From assembly GCA_028695735.1 (NCBI GenBank), contig JAQVIJ010000003.1, forward strand, positions 306,246-370,245: a DNA stretch of 64,000 nucleotides, in the 5' to 3' direction. Both the position numbers and the translations under genes were made by a program. The stretch is from Deltaproteobacteria bacterium. Lineage in GTDB: Bacteria; Desulfobacterota; Dissulfuribacteria; Dissulfuribacterales; DYLC01. Positions within the stretch are counted from its first letter, which is position 1; each line of letters starts with the position of its first letter. Shown here piece after piece: positions 57,984 to 64,000 of the stretch. The notes below the pieces were generated by a model. That model was given only the letters and a program-made list of their open reading frames with translations. It had not been told where the DNA came from and did not search any database.

Positions 57984-59208
57984 AGCCCTGTATTCAGCCA
58001 TTGTATGTCTGGCCGTATTTTTGGGATATAGATTTGCACGATACCGCCTTTCTTCAGAGCTCTTCCTTGCGCAACAGGTTAAACCCCTTCTAAACAGGCT
58101 CAAGAGGATTTCCGGTGCCTCGGAGCCTGCGGAGATCTGCGGCCATGAAATTCAGGGACTGGACGCCTTTTTGCAGCAATTGGCCTTTCAGCACGATCTG
58201 CTCAAGGATGTAGTGCAAACGATCAGCGAGGGCATACTGATTCTGCAAAACGGGGCGATCCTGTTTGTAAATCAGGCCGTCATGAAAATGCTGAATATTC
58301 CAGGCGGACTTGAACAATGGCATGGAAGGCCGTTTCTGGAATTTTGTCGGCATCTGACTGTGCAAAACGGACTTGCAGCATGGCAAAATTATAAAGAAAA
58401 ACAAGTAGTTGTCCTGGAGCTGCAAACTGCCGTCCTGGAGGTGGAGATATGCGGAATTGCAAATGATTCCCTTGTCCTGCTTCTCTGGAGGGACATCACA
58501 CCGATTTCTAATGCAGAGGCACACGGCAGGGAGCTGGTGGCAAATGTTGCTCATCAACTGCGCACTCCCATCACTGTCATTCGAGGTTACGCAGAGACCC
58601 TGTTGGACAACGAATCCTGTGATGCAGCTGCGCTGAAACGTTTTCTTGAGGTAATTCTTCGCAATTCCAAGCGGTTATCCAGATTCATAGAAGATATTTT
58701 GACCATCGCCATGCTGGACAGCAAGGGTTTGACTCAAAAAGAAGAGATGAGCCTTGACGAGCTGCTGAAGTCCGTCCTGGAAATGGCGGGTGAGGAGGCC
58801 AGGGCAAAGGGTGTGCGGATTCAGGTGCAAAACGAATTGAAGCATGACCTGCTGCTTTCTGCATCTTCGCTCCTGGAGCAGGCCGTGTTCAATGTGCTGC
58901 ACAATGCAGTGAAATACACGAAGCCTGATTCCATGGTGAGGGTCGTGGTCACAGCATTCAATGAGCGGGTCATTCTGCGCATAAGCGACCAGGGTCCAGG
59001 CATTCCAAAGGAAATGCAGCGACTTGTATTCGAACGTTTTTTCCGCATGTCAGACGGCCCTGCCTCGCAAATTCCAGGGAGTGGTCTGGGCCTGGCCATA
59101 GCAAAAGAGGTGATAGTCGCCCATGGCGGCAGTATTTATGTGGAAAGCGAGGGAAACGGCAGGGGCAGCACCTTTGTTATGGAATTGCCTCTTTCAATGA
59201 GTGAATGA
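57973..59208 (+). CDS. PhoR-like sensor histidine kinase
   Basis: 411 aa. TM, PAS-like, H-box VAHQLRTPITVIRGYAE and GSGLGLAIAKE. It overlaps the regulator stop. Confidence 0.85.
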   Translation: MLHEALYSAIVCLAVFLGYRFARYRLSSELFLAQQVKPLLNRLKRISGASEPAEICGHEIQGLDAFLQQLAFQHDLLKDVVQTISEGILILQNGAILFVNQAVMKMLNIPGGLEQWHGRPFLEFCRHLTVQNGLAAWQNYKEKQVVVLELQTAVLEVEICGIANDSLVLLLWRDITPISNAEAHGRELVANVAHQLRTPITVIRGYAETLLDNESCDAAALKRFLEVILRNSKRLSRFIEDILTIAMLDSKGLTQKEEMSLDELLKSVLEMAGEEARAKGVRIQVQNELKHDLLLSASSLLEQAVFNVLHNAVKYTKPDSMVRVVVTAFNERVILRISDQGPGIPKEMQRLVFERFFRMSDGPASQIPGSGLGLAIAKEVIVAHGGSIYVESEGNGRGSTFVMELPLSMSE

Positions 59209-59338
59209 GACACTCATTGCAAAAATCAAGGCCAGGCATAGCGAAATTTGGGTTTATTTGTGCAGGGGGGCTTGTTTTTTATGAGCATATGCTTATAATT
59301 ATGCACGTCTCATCATTTCAGATTCAGGAGGTTTTTTT

Positions 59339-59689
59339 ATGAAAGTAGCTATTCCATCAAGGGATGGTCGAGTGGACGATCACTTCGGGCACTGTGATTA
59401 TTTTTCCATATTCACTGTCAACGATTCCAAAGAAGTGGTGGCCGAGGAGGCCCTGCAATCCCCTCAGGGTTGCGGCTGTAAATCAGGTGTGGCAGTGGAC
59501 CTGGCCAAAAAGGGTGTGCAGGTGATGCTGGCCGGCAATATGGGTGAAGGCGCCAAGAATGTGTTGCAAAACAATGGGATTCAGGTGATCAGGGGTTGTT
59601 CCGGAGATGTAAAGACGGTGCTTGCCTCATGGCTTGCTGGTAATCTCAGGGATTCCGGCATATTGTGCACCAGCCACGAGTGCCACTGA
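59339..59689 (+). CDS. NifB/NifX-family cofactor-binding domain protein
   Basis: 116 aa. DDHFGHCDYFSIF. Confidence 0.7.
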   Translation: MKVAIPSRDGRVDDHFGHCDYFSIFTVNDSKEVVAEEALQSPQGCGCKSGVAVDLAKKGVQVMLAGNMGEGAKNVLQNNGIQVIRGCSGDVKTVLASWLAGNLRDSGILCTSHECH

Positions 59690-59794
59690 TACACGGTTTT
59701 TGTTCAATTGGCCTGTTCCCCGGCCTATTATTTGACGGGTAAGACATACCTATTGCCTCGTCAGACCAGGCCGGGTCTTAATTCCTCTGGTATC

Positions 59795-60274
59795 TTATTC
59801 CGCCTCATTCTGGCCGGGCCCTTCCTTGAGTTCGGCCTCTTCTTCTACGGCACGCATGAAGGTCTGAAGCTGACCGCGAATCCTGTTGAGATTTTCCCTG
59901 TAGATACGCATAAGCCGCATGTTTTCCTCCGCAGTCCGCTCGGTCTTCTTTTCGGCCTCGTTTAGAATGCGGCTCGCTTCCAGCCTTGCCTTTTCCAGCA
60001 GGAGTTCCGCCTCCTTCTCCGCCTGTTTGCGCAGTTCATCGGAGAGTTTTTGGGCTGCTGTCAAGACGGCCTTGAAGTCCTCTTCCTTGGCCCGGTATTC
60101 CTCAAGTTTTGCAGTGGTTTGAGCCAATTGCGCCTTAAGGGCGTTTCTTTCCTTTATGACCTGTGTGAGCTCTTCCGCCACCTCTTCAAGAAAGGCGCTT
60201 ACCTCATCCGGATCCACACCTAAGAGCTTGGTCTTGAATTCCTTTTCAAGTATGTCGTTGGGTGCAATGGTCAT
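59795..60274 (-). CDS. DivIVA domain protein
   Basis: 159 aa. ILEKEFKTKLLGVDPDEVSAFLEEV followed by a coiled coil. Confidence 0.8.
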   Translation of the reverse strand: MTIAPNDILEKEFKTKLLGVDPDEVSAFLEEVAEELTQVIKERNALKAQLAQTTAKLEEYRAKEEDFKAVLTAAQKLSDELRKQAEKEAELLLEKARLEASRILNEAEKKTERTAEENMRLMRIYRENLNRIRGQLQTFMRAVEEEAELKEGPGQNEAE

Positions 60275-60288
60275 GGTATCCTTCTCCT

Positions 60289-60588
60289 TTACATGAGTCT
60301 GAAAGCCAGGGATTTGAGGGTGGCAATGAGAAAGCTCTGCACAAACACTATAGCGAGAATGAGAATCATCGGCGAAAAGTCGATACCGCCGAAATACAAG
60401 GGGACAATGCGTCTGATTCTGTAAAGAACCGGATCTGTTACGCTGTAAAGGAATCGCACTATGGGGTTGTATGGATCAGGGTTGACCCATGATATCACAG
60501 CCCGGGCTATGAGTATCCACATGTAAAGACTCAAGGCCAGGTCCAGAATGGTGGCTACAGCATTTAACAAATGGCCTATAATGAACAT
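60289..60588 (-). CDS. YggT family membrane protein
   Basis: Start moved from 60678 to ATG 60588 (GGAGGA RBS); the longer form would overlap the upstream gene. ARAVISWVNPDPYNP. Confidence 0.75.
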   Translation of the reverse strand: MFIIGHLLNAVATILDLALSLYMWILIARAVISWVNPDPYNPIVRFLYSVTDPVLYRIRRIVPLYFGGIDFSPMILILAIVFVQSFLIATLKSLAFRLM

Positions 60589-60598
60589 AATTCCTCCA

Positions 60599-61624
60599 TT
60601 AGTCCTTGCCAAAGGGGCATACAGGATACCTGCACGTCTTGCAGGACAGGCACAGGCCGCCATGCCCAAGGGCTGCAATATCCTTGCGAGTGATGCGTTC
60701 TCCAGCTAACAGCCTGGGAAGAACCAGGTCAAAGACAGTAATCTTGAAGAACATGCCGCATGCCGGAATGCCGACTATGGGAATGTCGTTTAGATAGCCC
60801 ACCAGGAACATGGCCCCTGGCAGCACAGGCGAGCCGTAACAGATATCTGTAGCGCCTGCCTTGGCTATGGCCACACGAGTGACATCGTCAGGGTCCACAG
60901 ACATGCCGCCGGTGCAGAGCACGATACCGGCGCCCTTTGAAACAGCGGTCCGAATCTCCTGCGTGATGATGTCCGTATCGTCCGGAACAATGGTATGATA
61001 CACTACATCTATGCCGAATTGCTGCATCTTTTCCGTCATGACAGGGCAGAAGGCGTCTTTTATGCGGCCCTCATAGACCTCCCGGCCGGTTACCACTATG
61101 GCGGCCTTTTTTATGCGCCATGGAAGCACCTTTACCAATCCGCCTGCATCTTCCGCTATGCGCACCGCCTCCTGCACGATGTCCTTTTTTATGACTAAAG
61201 GAATGGCCCTGCCTGCCGCCACCGTCTTTTGTGGTGCGACTACTGTATTGTCGTGCAGGGTGGCCAGCATCACCTCGCCCAGCATGTTGAAGCGGAAAAG
61301 CGCCTCCTGCTCCACCCTTAAAAGCCCGGAAATGGTGCTTTTGAACCCGACCTTGCCCTCGACTGGCTGGTCGTCATGAGTGATGTTTGCGCCGGCTATG
61401 GCCTTTGCCAGAAGCAAGGCGGCATCGTTTTCATGATATTCATCTTCGGACATGGTCAGCACATATATGCGGTTTTTGCCGATGCGTTTCAGATGCTCTA
61501 TGTCTTCGGGCCGAATCACATGGCCCTTTCGAAAGGCCGGCCCCTTCTTTTCACCCCTCACGATCTCGGTGATGTCGTGAGGCAGCACCATGCCAACGGC
61601 CTCTTCCACAGGAATGGTTTTCAT
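60599..61624 (-). CDS. molybdopterin-binding (MoeA/MogA-like MoCF domain) protein with Cys-rich C-terminus
   Basis: 341 aa. IVLCTGGMSVDPDD and C-terminal CLSCKTCRYPVC. Confidence 0.65.
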   Translation of the reverse strand: MKTIPVEEAVGMVLPHDITEIVRGEKKGPAFRKGHVIRPEDIEHLKRIGKNRIYVLTMSEDEYHENDAALLLAKAIAGANITHDDQPVEGKVGFKSTISGLLRVEQEALFRFNMLGEVMLATLHDNTVVAPQKTVAAGRAIPLVIKKDIVQEAVRIAEDAGGLVKVLPWRIKKAAIVVTGREVYEGRIKDAFCPVMTEKMQQFGIDVVYHTIVPDDTDIITQEIRTAVSKGAGIVLCTGGMSVDPDDVTRVAIAKAGATDICYGSPVLPGAMFLVGYLNDIPIVGIPACGMFFKITVFDLVLPRLLAGERITRKDIAALGHGGLCLSCKTCRYPVCPFGKD

Positions 61625-61627
61625 GTG

Positions 61628-62233
61628 TTATGCCTCCAGGATTTGATAATAACTGCCGTTCAGACAGTTTTTGCACAGGGTCTCCCCATTTTTTTGCACA
61701 TCCCTACAGTCCTGGACATATTCTCCGCAGCGGCTGCACGGGACGCGACGAATGGGCCTGCCAGGAAGGTCGCATTGGGGAATCTCCACCTTCACCCTCT
61801 GAACCGCAAAGAGTTCCTCATCCTTCATGCGTTTATAGGCCTCAAGCTGTCTTTTGTATTTGTCTTCTATTTCAGGGCAGTATTTATCGGCGAGTTCTCG
61901 CGTCTCCTCCCTGGCCAGAATGCGATAGCCCATGCCGTCGCTGACCCGTACAAAGGTGGCGGCCATCTTGCCGAAGTCCATGAATTTGAGGGAGCGTTTG
62001 CCAAGAGTGGCGCCGGTGACGGACTGAATGGCGTCTGTTGCGCAGCGGTCTATCTCCACATATACCAAAAATGCCTTGCGATCCCTGCCTTTAGGGTCGT
62101 TTATTCCCAAAAGTTTCAACCCCAGCATGGCAAGCCTTACCCCTAACACCTGGCCTGCGCATAGGTGGCCGTGTACCCTCACCGATTCCTGAAGTAGTGC
62201 CTCAAATGCGTTCATATCCATATTCATGGTCAT
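61628..62233 (-). CDS. FmdE-family protein with C-terminal zinc ribbon
   Basis: HGHLCAGQVLGVRLA and CSRCGEY..CKNC. Start chosen at 62233, downstream of the SD AGGAGA; the ORF track starts at 62254. Confidence 0.75.
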   Translation of the reverse strand: MTMNMDMNAFEALLQESVRVHGHLCAGQVLGVRLAMLGLKLLGINDPKGRDRKAFLVYVEIDRCATDAIQSVTGATLGKRSLKFMDFGKMAATFVRVSDGMGYRILAREETRELADKYCPEIEDKYKRQLEAYKRMKDEELFAVQRVKVEIPQCDLPGRPIRRVPCSRCGEYVQDCRDVQKNGETLCKNCLNGSYYQILEA

Positions 62234-62664
62234 ATTTATGTTATCTCCTGTCATGCCCTCGGCTCAAGGCCAGAGGAGTTGAGCTGAGGGCCAGCGCACC
62301 TTCTGATTGCGAATGTATTCTGAGACTCCTTAAAAATACAATGCCTATTCTAAGAATAAGCATTGGCAGATTGCAAGAAAAAAGTGACCCTTCGGTAACT
62401 CCACGCCCAGCATCAGAAAACGCTTTAAAAACACCACATGCCCTTCCATCGCTCTCAAGCTCCAGATTGGGAAAGAGGGGAAAAGGGAACAGGAAACCCG
62501 TTAAGGGCATGGAGTTCCACAGGGACGAAGAGCCATAATTTTCTGCTTGACTGCCGGTTTTCATGAGACTATATACAGTTTTGATATTTATTGCTAATCT
62601 AACGCTTTGATTTAATTTTAGTTTATAACTTCCCTAATGTGAAAATTGATACAGGAAGGCCGTA

Positions 62665-64000
62665 ATGCGTCTGCCAGCCCCTTTTTGCCATATCCTGCTC
62701 TGTATTCTTCTTTTTTTCTGCACATCTACCGCCTTTGCAAAGGATGTCTTGAAATTAGGTGTGTTGGCCTATGAGGACAAGGACTCAGTGGCTGCCCAAT
62801 ATGCCCAGGTGGTCAATGCCTTAAATGAACGGTTAACGTCTGTGGAGATACAAATGGAGGTCCTGAGCCAGCAGGAACTGAACTCCAGAGTGGAAGACGG
62901 CTCCATAGACATTGTCACCACCAATCCCGTTCATTACCTCTTGTTACGGCATAGATATGGTCTTTCAAGGCTGCTGGCCACTCAGGTCAAGGCAATAGGT
63001 GAATCGGCGACACCTCTATTGGGTGGAGTGATCTTCACTCGCGGGGACAGACAGGACATCAACAACCTACAGGACCTCATGGCGCGCACCATCGCCTGCC
63101 CAGGCAGATATTTTCTGGGGGGTTTTGCCCTTCAGGCCCATGAACTCATGCACGCAGGCATAAGGATCACGGATTGGGCAAAGACCATTCTGGAGTTGAG
63201 TGACCATGATGAAGTGGTTCAGGCCGTGCTGAAAGGTCAGGCGGATGTGGGTTTTGTGCGCACAGGCGTGCTTGAGGCCTTGTTTCAGAATGGGCTTCTG
63301 AGGCCGCAGGACATCAAGGTCATAAATGCCCGGCAGTACCGTGGCTTTCCTTTTCTGGTCTCCACAGAGCTTTATCCAGAGTGGCCTGTGGCTGCCATGC
63401 CCCATGTAAATGAAGGTCTTCGCCACACCCTCACAGCCACCCTGCTTGGCGTGCAATTTTCAAATCCGTCTTCGAATACTTCATATATTGCAGGATATAC
63501 CCTGCCTTTGAGCTATGACGAAGTGGAAGAGATAATGCTTGAGCTGAAATTCCCCGGCTTCAATGCCCTTGAAATCTTCTGGAATGACATGCTGCGTCTC
63601 AATAAATGGCATGGATACCTGATGTTGGGAGGGCTGCTTCTGATATGCTGTCTGGTGCTGCTGTTGGGTCTGGCCCTGCTAAATGCAACCGAGGAAAAAC
63701 GCCGCATGCAGGCCATGCTGAACGGAATGCCATACCCAGGGCTGCTGGTAAACAGAGAGCACCGAATAATAGCCATCAATGCGGCGGCAAGGGAGTTATT
63801 CAATGCAAGAGAAGGCGCATATTGCTGGGAACAGCTCTGGCATTACGAGTTTCTGCCGGAAGACCAGAGGAAACATTACGAATGTCATGGTCCCAATTCC
63901 AATATGTGTTGCTCTTTCTGCCGTTCTGAGGATGCCCTGAACACAGGGAAAACCGTTCACACCGAGCTTTTTATTCGAAGCCGTTACTGGGATTCCTGGT
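62665..64000 (+). CDS. sensor protein: signal peptide, PhnD-like periplasmic binding domain, TM, Cys-rich PAS; 3' end cut by window edge
   Basis: Absent from the ORF track. Hand translation from ATG 62665 is stop-free to the window end (445 codons): MRLPAPFCHILLCILLFFC..KLGVLAYEDKDSVAAQY..TNPVHYLLL..; TM LMLGGLLLICCLVLLLGLALL; then PAS-like with CHGPNSNMCCSFC. Confidence 0.8.
   Translation, partial: MRLPAPFCHILLCILLFFCTSTAFAKDVLKLGVLAYEDKDSVAAQYAQVVNALNERLTSVEIQMEVLSQQELNSRVEDGSIDIVTTNPVHYLLLRHRYGLSRLLATQVKAIGESATPLLGGVIFTRGDRQDINNLQDLMARTIACPGRYFLGGFALQAHELMHAGIRITDWAKTILELSDHDEVVQAVLKGQADVGFVRTGVLEALFQNGLLRPQDIKVINARQYRGFPFLVSTELYPEWPVAAMPHVNEGLRHTLTATLLGVQFSNPSSNTSYIAGYTLPLSYDEVEEIMLELKFPGFNALEIFWNDMLRLNKWHGYLMLGGLLLICCLVLLLGLALLNATEEKRRMQAMLNGMPYPGLLVNREHRIIAINAAARELFNAREGAYCWEQLWHYEFLPEDQRKHYECHGPNSNMCCSFCRSEDALNTGKTVHTELFIRSRYWDSW

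Noticed and set aside
59209-59338. Palindrome around AGCATATGCT overlapping a TATAAT upstream of the NifX-like gene, as an operator
   Set aside because: It is a single short dyad with no second copy or known consensus to compare. It is plausible but unsupported from sequence alone.
62255-62560. Moco riboswitch upstream of the fmdE / MoeA-like genes
   Set aside because: I could not find the conserved core as I remember it (CCUCCGAGCC-type 5' segment pairing with an AAAGGAG 3' segment). Only a GAGCCGAGGG fragment is present. It is kept as a generic structured-leader observation.

Overview
This is a chromosomal segment, probably from a Desulfobacterota-type (deltaproteobacterial) genome. That assignment is inferred only from gene content: many PAS kinases, HDOD proteins, FmdE, CooC, a small sulfite-reductase-like protein and UbiA/UbiX-type prenyltransferases. 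Most of the window is housekeeping. It holds dnaA with an AT-rich candidate oriC, the rimP-nusA-infB-DUF503-rbfA-nrnA-truB-rpsO-pnp superoperon, one tRNA-Gly(CCC), trpEGDC, pyrK/pyrD, mreD-mrdA, ftsY, rarA, ispDF and cca. Signalling genes are dense: four histidine kinases, one further partial sensor, a GGDEF protein, an OmpR-type regulator, two HDOD proteins, CheR and CheD. Two CDSs run off the window edges (1..1906 minus, 62665..64000 plus) and are missing from the ORF track; I translated them by hand. Four things deserve a second look. (1) A translationally coupled cheD-HDOD / cheR / PAS-GAF kinase operon has no MCP or CheA, and the kinase carries four consecutive EExxAQ[S/T] heptads that resemble receptor methylation sites. 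(2) The 1.8-kb interval 24441..26265 is the wreck of a type I R-M locus (hsdM', hsdS', hsdR' fragments). It is riddled with GTAG-type REP hairpins and contains a REP-associated tyrosine transposase (RAYT) gene, which itself carries an in-frame REP cluster. (3) At least three further dispersed repeat families are present, including a ~113-bp foldback element whose stems covary between copies; they are concentrated in a 1.8-kb non-coding graveyard at 55474..57290. (4) A 330-aa protein built around a 21-bp tandem array encoding perfect heptads sits between pyrK and pyrD. I saw no CRISPR array, rRNA, intact IS element or prophage.
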